Shown here one piece after another: positions 1-9,396 of a stretch of 64,000 nt of DNA. Both the position numbers and the translations under genes were made by a program. Within the stretch, counting starts at the first letter, position 1; each line of letters begins with the position of its first letter. This DNA is from Candidatus Poseidoniales archaeon (GTDB taxonomy: Archaea; Thermoplasmatota; Poseidoniia; Poseidoniales; Thalassarchaeaceae), in assembly GCA_012964335.1 (NCBI GenBank), contig DTUF01000024.1, positions 35,853 to 99,852 of the forward strand, given 5' to 3'. The notes under the pieces are model-generated. The model had not been told where the DNA came from, searched no databases, and saw nothing but the letters and a program-made list of their open reading frames with translations.

Positions 1-35
1 TTCAAGTGTAGAACCTGTAACGGAGAGTAGGGGGA

Positions 36-1088
36 GTGGGTGTGACTTGGGCACAACCGAGACAAAATTCTGTTGAAGCACTTTGCTACGGCATCAATCA
101 ATTTGATGGTGTTGAATTTGACCTCCGATTAACTACTGATGGAGAATTGGTACTGCATCATGATAACACCACAAAAGATGATAATTATGTTGAATTATTG
201 AGTAGTGACGAAATGAAGCCATTTGCCGACAAATTTGATGAACTCCTGGCAAGAAAAGATTTCACAACTCCATGGCAAGAACAAGGAAAGACGGTTTGTA
301 TTGAACTGAAATCACCACACCCTAGTAGTGGAGTTGGAGGAGGTTGGAAAGGTGGTTCAAAACGGGTTGAATACATTTCATCTATGATAAAAATGGTTGA
401 TGATGCCATTGCTGAATTTGAACTGCCTGAAGGAACTACTGTTCTGTATTCCTTTGACAAAAAATTTCTACCAGCAGTTAAAACAGCGGGCTGGAGTCAT
501 CCAAAAGCCCGCCTAATGCCCACATTGAGAGAATGGGGTTCCGGTAATTTACAACGTGCAATTGCGGCACCATCTTTCATCGCCCACTCATTGCCTAGAT
601 TAATGCGCAAACATCAGAAATGGGGGGCTCCAATGATTCCCTGTACTCTTGATTATCTACATGGCATAAACCGCCATCTTACATTAGGGACAAGTGTAGC
701 CCTCACAGGAAAAGGACTTGAAAAATTGACCAAAGCAAGGAAAGGGTTTCCTGCCTTTGTTTGGCCAGTTAGGGTACACCATGAGAAATTGATTCTTGAT
801 GCAGGGCTCACCCCTCTCACTGATGACGCCTCTCCAGAAATTACACATCTGCCAGACGGCTCACCTAGGTTAACTAGGCCAGCTAGTGAACCACTTTTTG
901 ATGGCCAACATGTTCCGTGGCATGAAATGACAAATGACAGCCGAAAAGAATTCCTTTCAGCCCAGAGGAATCGCTGGCAATGGAGCCGCTCTGTAGATCA
1001 ATTAATGGCCGCAACTAGCGAAAACCAAATCCCGTGGGAAGTACCACGAATAATTTGTCACCGCGGTGCTGGGAAAACCACATTTTGA
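36..1088 (+). CDS. Glycerophosphodiester phosphodiesterase (GDPD) family protein, apparently circularly permuted
   Basis: N-terminal QNSVEAL..G...DGVEFDLRLTTDGELVLHHD and CIELKS motifs of GDPD; the HRG motif (RIICHRGAG) is at the extreme C-terminus. Confidence 0.8.
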   Translation: MGVTWAQPRQNSVEALCYGINQFDGVEFDLRLTTDGELVLHHDNTTKDDNYVELLSSDEMKPFADKFDELLARKDFTTPWQEQGKTVCIELKSPHPSSGVGGGWKGGSKRVEYISSMIKMVDDAIAEFELPEGTTVLYSFDKKFLPAVKTAGWSHPKARLMPTLREWGSGNLQRAIAAPSFIAHSLPRLMRKHQKWGAPMIPCTLDYLHGINRHLTLGTSVALTGKGLEKLTKARKGFPAFVWPVRVHHEKLILDAGLTPLTDDASPEITHLPDGSPRLTRPASEPLFDGQHVPWHEMTNDSRKEFLSAQRNRWQWSRSVDQLMAATSENQIPWEVPRIICHRGAGKTTF

Positions 1089-1105
1089 TAAAAGGAATAG
1101 TTAGA

Positions 1106-2284
1106 TTATTCAAGCCGCTGAACAGGCTGGTTTCGACCAATATATTTTGGCCGGTAAATAGGTACTCCTCGACCACCTCTTGCCTTACGCTCATCAAGAA
1201 TTTGCGCACTAATCCCTGCAATTCTAGCCCATCCAAAGAAGGTAGTGAAATACTCTGGTTTATGGAATCCTACAGCGTGTAATAGTGTCCCTGATGCAAC
1301 ATCAACATTTGCAAAAGGGTTGCTTATTCTTGGGTTTTCACCGAGTACTTTTGGTGCAATTTCCCTTAATACCTTCACGATTTTGAAATTATTATCGTCA
1401 GGACATATCTCTGAACCTAAAGCGATTTGAGCCGCTGCTCTAGGGTCTTCTGCCCTAAGCACTGCATGACCAAAACCGTAAACGGGGCGCTTAGCCGCTA
1501 ATTCACTTCGAACGAACTTTTCCACCTTGTCAGGATCACTAGTACCAATCCTCTGGATAAACTCAAGACACGACTGATTAGCTCTCCCGTGCAACGGGCC
1601 TGAAAGCGCATTCATTGCACTTGACATAGATGCGTAGAGACTAGCCTTACCACTAGCCACACACTTTCCTGAAAAAGTGGATAGGTTACCACCACCATGG
1701 TCCATGTGCAAAACCAAGAAGGTACGAAGTACGCGAACCATATTGTCTGAATCTTCGCCTGATCTACCTAATAAATGGACGAAATTCTCAACCATGCCCC
1801 GTTCTGGCTCACTACCAGCTTCTGGCAATCCATGGCCACCGCGTAAAAGGAAGATTGTTGCCATTAACTCCGGCATTCTTGCAATTAAATTGAGTCCATC
1901 CTCTCTAACATCACCTGTTGTATCAGCAATCCCCAATGCTTGGATACCGAGGGCTAACCAATCCATTGGATGGCCACTCCCCGGAGTTAGCGATTCTAGA
2001 ACTCGAAGTGTACCCGCAGGCATCTCTTCTGCTCGAGCCGACAAATCTTTGCGAAATTCTTGGGACTCATGACGATTTGGTAAGCGCTTTTCAAAAAGCA
2101 GAAAGATGATATCTTCTGGATCCATTTCGGCAAGGTCAGTAATTGGGTAGCCGACGTAATGAACTCCTTTTATTGTATCAACGAATGAAGTTCGGCAAGT
2201 GCCGACTGGAATACCTCGTAATCCAGTATCCAAGTGACTATCCTTAACTTCAAACAATGTTGGTTCATCCTCACTGTCACTCAT
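1106..2284 (-). CDS. gltA: Citrate synthase (eukaryotic-like subtype)
   Basis: GLRG, DHGGGN, ALSGPLHGRANQ, GFGHAVLRAEDPR and ANVD motifs; catalytic His/His/Asp present. Confidence 0.92.
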   Translation of the reverse strand: MSDSEDEPTLFEVKDSHLDTGLRGIPVGTCRTSFVDTIKGVHYVGYPITDLAEMDPEDIIFLLFEKRLPNRHESQEFRKDLSARAEEMPAGTLRVLESLTPGSGHPMDWLALGIQALGIADTTGDVREDGLNLIARMPELMATIFLLRGGHGLPEAGSEPERGMVENFVHLLGRSGEDSDNMVRVLRTFLVLHMDHGGGNLSTFSGKCVASGKASLYASMSSAMNALSGPLHGRANQSCLEFIQRIGTSDPDKVEKFVRSELAAKRPVYGFGHAVLRAEDPRAAAQIALGSEICPDDNNFKIVKVLREIAPKVLGENPRISNPFANVDVASGTLLHAVGFHKPEYFTTFFGWARIAGISAQILDERKARGGRGVPIYRPKYIGRNQPVQRLE

Positions 2285-2465
2285 TTGGCAATCACCTCCT
2301 CCGGGAATTCACCTCAGTCTAGTCATTGGTATAAGTGCAACGCAATGAGAATTCCAAAACGCATCAACTGAATTTATGAACACCAAGTAAAAAAAATATT
2401 TATTTTCACGGGATCATCATACACATAACAATTACAGCCACATAGCCACCCCTGCACCTGAGAAC

Positions 2466-2945
2466 ATGTCTAGGTGGAAGCGAAGATTTGCCAGCCGAGA
2501 GGAGCCTTGGTGGGAGAGTGGTGTGAATTTCACTTGTCTTCCTGACTGTGGGCGCTGCTGTGATGAACCGGGCGGAATAGTGTATCTTTCCCGCGAAGAT
2601 GCTGAAAGAATTGCTAATCATCTTGACATTAGTTTGAAACTATGGCTAACAGAAAACTGTCGGACTAGTTTTGATGGAAGATTTGTGCTAGAGTCTAAAC
2701 CAGAAGATGGACGTTGTATCTACTTAACAGGAGAGAAAACTTGTAGCATTTATGAGGTGAAACCAGCTCAATGTTCAGCCTTCCCATTTTGGCGGGAAAA
2801 TGTAGTTTCAGAGAGGGCTTGGGAGAAAACCAAAGCACTGTGCCCTGGTATAGACCACGATGATGCAATTGAAATTAATGGTAATTCAATCAAGTTGAAT
2901 TTAGAAGCCGACCGAATCGCAGAAAAAGGATTCAGGTTCATTTGA
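2466..2945 (+). CDS. YkgJ-family cysteine-cluster (CxxCxxCC) Zn/Fe-chelating protein
   Basis: FTCLPDCGRCC, CIYL, CSIYEVKPAQCSAFPFW, CPG motifs. Confidence 0.88.
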   Translation: MSRWKRRFASREEPWWESGVNFTCLPDCGRCCDEPGGIVYLSREDAERIANHLDISLKLWLTENCRTSFDGRFVLESKPEDGRCIYLTGEKTCSIYEVKPAQCSAFPFWRENVVSERAWEKTKALCPGIDHDDAIEINGNSIKLNLEADRIAEKGFRFI

Positions 2946-2950
2946 ACAAC

Positions 2951-4924
2951 TTAGATATCTCCTAAGTTGAATGATTGACTCATTTCTGAAGGGTCCGCTG
3001 TTCTCAGAATTACCACTGGGTGTAGTTGGGTCACAGGCACTAACAAATCGTCTGCAGAAACTGATTCCTCATCAATATCCCAATCCGTTTCTGGAATGTA
3101 TTCTTCTATCCCAACGGCCTCGTAAGGGCGCTCTGGCTTAGTCCTCGTTTTCAGAGATTCTCCTGCCCCTAACTTTGAAATGCGTGACAGTTTACGTTCA
3201 ATTTCAAGCATTTTATCAGCCATTTCAACCAATTCCTTTGGCTCAGCATTCTCAATTTTACTGGAAATGTCCTCCATCTGACCATGTAAGGAAAATAGCT
3301 CATCTTGATGCCGACGGAGTCTAGACTCTAACCGGTCAAGGAATCCTTCACTCGTCAATTCAATATTGGGAACTTCACCTCTCGGTTCTTCTAATGTTGT
3401 GGGAAGACCTGACAACTCAATCCTGTCACGAGCATCCTCTAGTGCACCTTTCTCACGGCCGAGGTGCCTTTCAATCAGTGAATCAACGGCATCTCTACTA
3501 GTATCTGGCATTAAATCTGGAGGCTGATAATCATCAACAATTGATTCTAATTCACTGATAATATCAACATTTGGTTGGCGCTCCTTTGGTAGTACATGGT
3601 CTAGCACCTCACGCACAATTCGCTGCCCAGTTCTCTCAGTATCCCAAGCAATTAGGCCATCATCACCCCGCATTACCAATTCTTCTCCTGAAAGTATTGT
3701 CTCAATATCGCCGACACCAAACGGCTCGGCCCCAGCCTCGATTGCTAGTGCTACCGCCTCAAAACCAGACTCCGCTACACTCCAATCTCTATCCGCTGCA
3801 ACGGCAATTGCTCGCAATTGTTCGTCCGATAGAGGAAGACCCCTCACTAATGCTCGGTTTCTCATAAATAGAACCAATGTCATGACATCTGGATTATCAA
3901 GATTGACTTCAACGGATGACCTAAGTGCACCACCTAGTATCCCAGAATAATTGCAGTTTTCACTAGAAGTGATTACCACTTGAACCCCAAAATTTAGACA
4001 ACTGTCAATAATAATACCTAGGTTTTCTTCGCTATCTTCTCCAACCGATTGAATATCATCAATAAGCAGTGTACTACAGCCCTGAACTGCATCTACCCAA
4101 TCGTCAGATAACTGAGATGGAAATGAACTTCCAACAATGATTCGGACTTCGTCTTCAGGTGACCTAGTATGCATCGAGGAACCAATCGCTCTCAATAGAT
4201 GACTTTTCCCCACACCCTCGCCTCCAAAGATGATGAGGGGATTTGCTCGCTCAGATGGGTGAGTTATCACCTCATTACCGGCAGTACTTGCCAATCGGTT
4301 GTTAGGCCCTACCTGCCAATTACTCCATGTGAAGTTTTGGTTAGGTGTGAAGATAGGTGGCCATCCAGGACGACCTATTGCAAGTTCTTCTGCAACCATC
4401 TTCAACGGTGATTCAACTGGTGGTGGAACTGCCCCAATAAGTTCAGAATGATGCTGGCGAGCAGACTCAGTTGGTCTCACATGCCCTCTCTGCTTGGAGA
4501 GTACATCACGCCACAATGGTGTTGAGACGTTTCTTGTTTCCATATCTTCAACATCTGAGTTGACCCAGGCGGGAAAGTTTGGTTTAGTCGCTGATGGGGC
4601 TTGGTCAGTATCAATCATTGGCGCATCTGCTTCCACACCCTGCCGCATTCTCTGAAGCCTTTGAGACGCAATGGTACCAAAATCACCAGCTCTCTTTTTG
4701 ACTGCAGTTGATGTTGAATGTAAAAATGGCCCATCAAATGGATTCTCCACAGGAGGTAATTCTCCCCTTCGAATATATTTCCCAAGTGATGCTTGAGGTG
4801 ACTCTGTCTCTGAACTAGTCAACTCTGACTTTCGCTCTGACAATAACCGCTTGCTTTTCTCCAGTTGTTGTTGAAGAAGTGTTCGCCTAGCCATGCCATC
4901 CACCATATTTCCTAAATTTGCCAT
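2951..4924 (-). CDS. DnaA/Hda-like AAA+ ATPase domain protein with acidic/coiled-coil C-terminus
   Basis: FTWSNWQVGPNNRLA, NPLIIFGGEGVGKSHLLRAIG (Walker A) and LLIDDIQ (Walker B) match DnaA domain III; no recognisable DnaA DNA-binding domain IV. Confidence 0.78.
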   Translation of the reverse strand: MANLGNMVDGMARRTLLQQQLEKSKRLLSERKSELTSSETESPQASLGKYIRRGELPPVENPFDGPFLHSTSTAVKKRAGDFGTIASQRLQRMRQGVEADAPMIDTDQAPSATKPNFPAWVNSDVEDMETRNVSTPLWRDVLSKQRGHVRPTESARQHHSELIGAVPPPVESPLKMVAEELAIGRPGWPPIFTPNQNFTWSNWQVGPNNRLASTAGNEVITHPSERANPLIIFGGEGVGKSHLLRAIGSSMHTRSPEDEVRIIVGSSFPSQLSDDWVDAVQGCSTLLIDDIQSVGEDSEENLGIIIDSCLNFGVQVVITSSENCNYSGILGGALRSSVEVNLDNPDVMTLVLFMRNRALVRGLPLSDEQLRAIAVAADRDWSVAESGFEAVALAIEAGAEPFGVGDIETILSGEELVMRGDDGLIAWDTERTGQRIVREVLDHVLPKERQPNVDIISELESIVDDYQPPDLMPDTSRDAVDSLIERHLGREKGALEDARDRIELSGLPTTLEEPRGEVPNIELTSEGFLDRLESRLRRHQDELFSLHGQMEDISSKIENAEPKELVEMADKMLEIERKLSRISKLGAGESLKTRTKPERPYEAVGIEEYIPETDWDIDEESVSADDLLVPVTQLHPVVILRTADPSEMSQSFNLGDI

Positions 4925-4948
4925 TAATTTTCAATCATACTAGGATAA

Positions 4949-7375
4949 TTAACCCTCGAAGTCATTCAACATTGATTCTATTTTTTTAATCTGTTCAAAT
5001 TGAATAAGTTGAGCACGATATTTGACAGCAACCGTTGAATCAATTACTGAACGATTTTCTTGGATATTAATTCGGTTGATTAAATCATTTACCATCACTG
5101 ATTTCTTCTCTAATTCAGTAAGCAGTTTCAATCCCTCCTTTGAGTTAGCCTCTATGCGGTCAACAAGTTGACGAATTGGGTGGCCTTTATCAGCCAAACT
5201 ATTGATTCTCTCTAGAATCTTCAAGTCAATACCAGATCGCTTAACCATTTGTTTTCGGTCGGCATAAAGAGCTTCTAATTCGGAGCCAACCAACATTTGG
5301 GTAAGAGTCTTCGACTTCTGAATTCGGATAGCTGATTCTCTAGCAAGTGGATTGGTTACCAAATCAGGCGTAATTGCTGTTGGGGCTTCTTCTGAAGCGC
5401 TAACCACAGCAGCACCCCATTGACGAGTATTAACACCAGAAATTGAAGAGGTTTTGGAGGATTTCACACCATGACGTAGAGACCTTGAATTGTCAACAGC
5501 TGCACTCATACCCCGGGTCTCAAGCACCTCCCAGTTTCTCTCTTCATTAGTTTCCCATTCACCAACTTCTCTAAATGCATCTTTCTTGTAATTCAGGGCA
5601 GTTACCGACCTATCTATAGCCTCGTAGCCTGAATCTACTAATTGCCCTTCAAATTGCTTACTATTTGCTGCTGCATAATGCATTGATGCCTTTTCAAATT
5701 GTAATATGTCAGGTTTTTGCGGTACACTAACTCGTCTCTTTTGTTTACTACGATAGTTTACTGTCGGTTGGTTTGGCCGAGCATATTCAGGTTCAACCTC
5801 AGGCTCAGAGGAATCAGCATCCTCTACAACCTCAGTTTCCACAATTTCCTCAGAAGTGATATCAGAAGAATCAGGGGCATCTACATCAAGAGTTGAAGCA
5901 TTTTCTTGGGGAGTGGTGGTTGACTCATCATCCATGTTAGCCGATGGGGCCGTTGCCCAACTTGGAAGGGCGAAATCTCCTTCTTCATCATCAGCAGTTA
6001 CTGTGGATTCTAGAGGTTCATCATTTGAGGTAGTATCATCTGAAGATATTGGTTCAGGTTCAACTTCTGACCTCATCTCATCAAGTAAAGAGGCCGCTGA
6101 AAATGAGGTTTCTGGTTGAGTAAACTGAGCCGATGAGGCACCGCTGTTTGATTCATCTTTTGTTGGTGAATCTTGGGTTTGCTCCACAGTTGAAAGAAGT
6201 CTGGTTGCTGCGTCCTTGAACTCACCTTCAGCCTCACTTACAATATCGATTCTTTGCGGTTCTGGAATACTTAATGACTCAGTTTCTTGGCAGAACCGAT
6301 GGCCTTCAACAACTGCTGGTCTCTGAGCCCATTCACCGATTGTACCAGCACTAATTTGGTCACATTCTCGCAACAATAGTGAACGCTCACGCTGGTCCCA
6401 AACATCAAAATCAGCGGGAATTAACACCATATTATTGGAAGTTTGAATACCATCAAATAAATTACGTAGCATACCTATCAAACGGCTAAAGCCGTGGATT
6501 CCACTAAGATATTCAACCCCATCTAGAATAATGACTGCCCTTGATGAACCCCATAGAAACTGATCGCATTCTCTACGAATTTCTTCCAATCCTGGATTAA
6601 CAGTTCGCACCCCTTCAACTTCTCTTTCACTAAGCCAACGACATACTGAAATTGGTAATCCGAAGTCATCAGAAATACGCTGAGGCGGGCTACGAGATAT
6701 CACCATAACAGGATGGCCGATTGAAGCAAGATGTGTTGCAACTGTGAACACAGAATCAGGTATCTGTTCATCAATTATGTAACTACAACCGGCTTCAAAT
6801 TCTTCCCCGGGAATATATTCAATAATATCAGCAACATCATCTGCCTCAGAATCTTCTTCGTCATCATCTAGGGTTTTCTCAGTCATCGTCCATTCCCGAT
6901 TACGTTTTGAACGCCACCAATCAGAATCTCGCTTTGTATTCGTTATCCATCCCTCTACTTTCTTGTCAGCGTGGGTATCTGAACCAGCAAAATGCAACTT
7001 AGCCTCTGGATGCAAGTCAGCAATCAATCCAAGATCAACATCAGTATGAACTGAAATCCGTGAATCATCTGCTGCAGCGCAGTCCCTCAACTCTTCCAAT
7101 GCATTATGGCCCATCAACAATTCAGTAGACTCAAACAGAGCCATTTCAGGTGCACCATCTGAAATCACAAGTTGAGCAATGCTTACTGGATTGGTTGGTT
7201 GTTGAATCCTAATATAACCACTACTACCTTCTTTATCAAAGTCAATCAAGAGCAACTCAAGCACCCCTGAACCACCTCTACGCACCTCCTTGGTGATACC
7301 CTTCGGTAGTTCAGCCACGGCAATCCTCGCCCCTCGTCTTGCTTGACCCCCTCTTGAACGTGGCCCTTCACGCAC
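4949..7375 (-). CDS. DUF835 (inactive KaiC-like) domain protein with N-terminal DUF2226-like domain and long acidic linker
   Basis: GCSYIIDE..MVISRSPP..WLSE..VIILDGVEYL...GF pattern (approx. 6362-6790) typical of DUF835; N-terminal ELPKG...SGYIRI resembles DUF2226; GTG start. Confidence 0.7.
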   Translation of the reverse strand: MREGPRSRGGQARRGARIAVAELPKGITKEVRRGGSGVLELLLIDFDKEGSSGYIRIQQPTNPVSIAQLVISDGAPEMALFESTELLMGHNALEELRDCAAADDSRISVHTDVDLGLIADLHPEAKLHFAGSDTHADKKVEGWITNTKRDSDWWRSKRNREWTMTEKTLDDDEEDSEADDVADIIEYIPGEEFEAGCSYIIDEQIPDSVFTVATHLASIGHPVMVISRSPPQRISDDFGLPISVCRWLSEREVEGVRTVNPGLEEIRRECDQFLWGSSRAVIILDGVEYLSGIHGFSRLIGMLRNLFDGIQTSNNMVLIPADFDVWDQRERSLLLRECDQISAGTIGEWAQRPAVVEGHRFCQETESLSIPEPQRIDIVSEAEGEFKDAATRLLSTVEQTQDSPTKDESNSGASSAQFTQPETSFSAASLLDEMRSEVEPEPISSDDTTSNDEPLESTVTADDEEGDFALPSWATAPSANMDDESTTTPQENASTLDVDAPDSSDITSEEIVETEVVEDADSSEPEVEPEYARPNQPTVNYRSKQKRRVSVPQKPDILQFEKASMHYAAANSKQFEGQLVDSGYEAIDRSVTALNYKKDAFREVGEWETNEERNWEVLETRGMSAAVDNSRSLRHGVKSSKTSSISGVNTRQWGAAVVSASEEAPTAITPDLVTNPLARESAIRIQKSKTLTQMLVGSELEALYADRKQMVKRSGIDLKILERINSLADKGHPIRQLVDRIEANSKEGLKLLTELEKKSVMVNDLINRINIQENRSVIDSTVAVKYRAQLIQFEQIKKIESMLNDFEG

Positions 7376-7490
7376 GCGTACTATGGCCGATTCGCCAACT
7401 TACCTCAAATCACCGACCGAACACAGAGGACCTGCAATAATAGCAAAAAAACAAAGTTATTGGTTAGTGAATATATTCACTAGGGTAGGA

Positions 7491-7922
7491 TTATTTTTCA
7501 GATATGCCAAGAATTTGGTGCCCGCGGCCAAACCAGCCCCAACCCTCTACCACCCAGAGATAAAGCTGATTCAAAGTTTCATCATCTACCCCTGCTTTCT
7601 TAGCAACTTGCTTGATTAATTTCATCTCTTCATCAGTGTATTTGCCATCGCACGCAGCCATCAATATTGTGTCACGCAGGAGAAGTTTTACGCTATCTGC
7701 TGAAAGTGCTTCAAGATGATATTCAATATCTATCCATTCCCCAACGATTTCACTAAGCCTTTCTCTAACATCTCTTTGGTAAAGTAGAGAGGCTACTCGG
7801 GACTCATAAGCGCTCATTTCCTCAGGTGAAAATTCCCCATCACAAGTTGCTGCAACTGCCAATATAGTGGCATATGAAATAGCCTCATCGCCATCCATTT
7901 CCAACAAAGAATCAGGGAGCAT
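7491..7922 (-). CDS. TerB / DjlA-N-like tellurite-resistance family protein
   Basis: Duplicated A..CDG.FS.EE / MAACDGKYTDEE...IKQVAKKAGV motifs. Confidence 0.8.
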   Translation of the reverse strand: MLPDSLLEMDGDEAISYATILAVAATCDGEFSPEEMSAYESRVASLLYQRDVRERLSEIVGEWIDIEYHLEALSADSVKLLLRDTILMAACDGKYTDEEMKLIKQVAKKAGVDDETLNQLYLWVVEGWGWFGRGHQILGISEK

Positions 7923-8019
7923 TGCTTAGCGGAGAACCTGTAACTGTCTTGAATACTCCCTTGCCAATTTTAACATTGATATCTTGATGTAAAGACAAAA
8001 TCACTCAATCTCACGAAAA

Positions 8020-8748
8020 TTGGATGAAGTAAGCCCTCTTACGGTTGCTATGGATGACCTACCAGATGATGCGGTCTCATGGTCGGTTAATACTGAAATT
8101 GCCAAAGTTCAAAGACAAAATATGTACAATGCAGTGATTTTTGCAATTGCAGGGTTTATTGCAATACTGATTTGTTTCAAAGTCCTATCTTTTATTGGTT
8201 TGGATAATTGGATTGGCCTTTTGATTATTACCTCAGTTATCGCCTTCTTATTATGGAAGGAACTTTTCAGAAATATCAGAAAAATGACACTTCTGAACTT
8301 GGTTGCAATTGGAACCGGACACCCGTGGCATCCCAGTGAAGTTATGGAAAACAACTCAGTTTTCGTATCGGATGGTGATTCCTGGTACCTAATCCCACCC
8401 AAGGTTCGTATCTCACCTCAATCCGGGTCAGGAAATGAGAGTACTGTTCTGAAGAGAAATGACATGGATGGAAAAATTATTTTGCGATGGCAACAACCAC
8501 CTGACTCAATAACTCAAGGTGTGGTATCCCTGATTAATCAGGCTCTTTCTTTCCGTGATGCCCAAGAAAGGGATTTGGACTCAGAAGACCCTATTGAAAG
8601 TGCGAGAGAGAGAGAAGATTTGGAGTTTTACCCTGTAGAGAGGGTATGGCAAGAAACAACACAGGGCTCTTTAGCACCGGAACCAGGGGCATTACTTCGC
8701 AAGATGAGGAAACATAGTTCTGAAATCATCAAGAAAGATGATGAATAG
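8020..8748 (+). CDS. Hypothetical membrane protein (2 TM)
   Basis: 242-aa ORF with two hydrophobic helices near the N-terminus; fills the gap between genes; TTG start uncertain. Confidence 0.65.
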   Translation: MDEVSPLTVAMDDLPDDAVSWSVNTEIAKVQRQNMYNAVIFAIAGFIAILICFKVLSFIGLDNWIGLLIITSVIAFLLWKELFRNIRKMTLLNLVAIGTGHPWHPSEVMENNSVFVSDGDSWYLIPPKVRISPQSGSGNESTVLKRNDMDGKIILRWQQPPDSITQGVVSLINQALSFRDAQERDLDSEDPIESAREREDLEFYPVERVWQETTQGSLAPEPGALLRKMRKHSSEIIKKDDE

Positions 8749-8774
8749 TAATTCTCACACTCCATAAAAAGTGA

Positions 8775-9392
8775 ATGTTAATGCGGTTCAGCCAGCAGCG
8801 GCAAAATATGGAATCGTGGCGCCAGCGCTTGGAGTCGCTTGATGAACGCCAAACCGAGATGCTTCTTGGCTCTCCAATGTCACAACGTTTTGCTACTTGG
8901 CCGCTTTCAATCAGCCATCCAGCAATTGTTGGCGCATTCTATGGTCTACTACTAATTGCTGCCTTGATAATACCAATTGGATATCACAACTCTTGGAATA
9001 TTGAGGATTGGTTTAGAGAAGTTTCCTTCATGGGTTTGAGTATCGCTCTTGGATTAGCATTAGCAGGACAAATTTCGTCCCTAATTAGCAAATTTTTCCA
9101 GCGCCCACCCATCACACCACCACGAGCAGTGCTGTTCACCATGCCTTTCGCCGGATTCGTTATCTTGTTAGGTAGTTGGATGAACCTTGTCCCACAAATC
9201 CCTGAGTTGTTAGCGTGGTTGCTAATGCTTGCACCGGGGCCAATTTATGTGCATCTTTCTTGGGCTCCTCGACACAGGATGCTTACAATGTTAGAAGATG
9301 GAAAAGATCCGTTTGGGCCATCAAGAGTTGAAATTGGGCAAATGGAAAAGGAACAAGAACTTGTAGATGCTGTGAACGCCATTGATGATTAA
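8775..9392 (+). CDS. Hypothetical membrane protein (approx. 4 TM)
   Basis: Four hydrophobic segments; real start may be the ATG near 8808 (MESWRQ). Confidence 0.65.
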   Translation: MLMRFSQQRQNMESWRQRLESLDERQTEMLLGSPMSQRFATWPLSISHPAIVGAFYGLLLIAALIIPIGYHNSWNIEDWFREVSFMGLSIALGLALAGQISSLISKFFQRPPITPPRAVLFTMPFAGFVILLGSWMNLVPQIPELLAWLLMLAPGPIYVHLSWAPRHRMLTMLEDGKDPFGPSRVEIGQMEKEQELVDAVNAIDD

Positions 9393-9396
9393 ATTA

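Noticed and set aside
2951-4924. Calling this dnaA with a nearby oriC, or treating the contig as bacterial
   Set aside because: No domain IV, catalytic arginines apparently lost, no DnaA-box cluster noticed, and surrounding genes (PolD, Nob1, archaeal tRNAs) are archaeal
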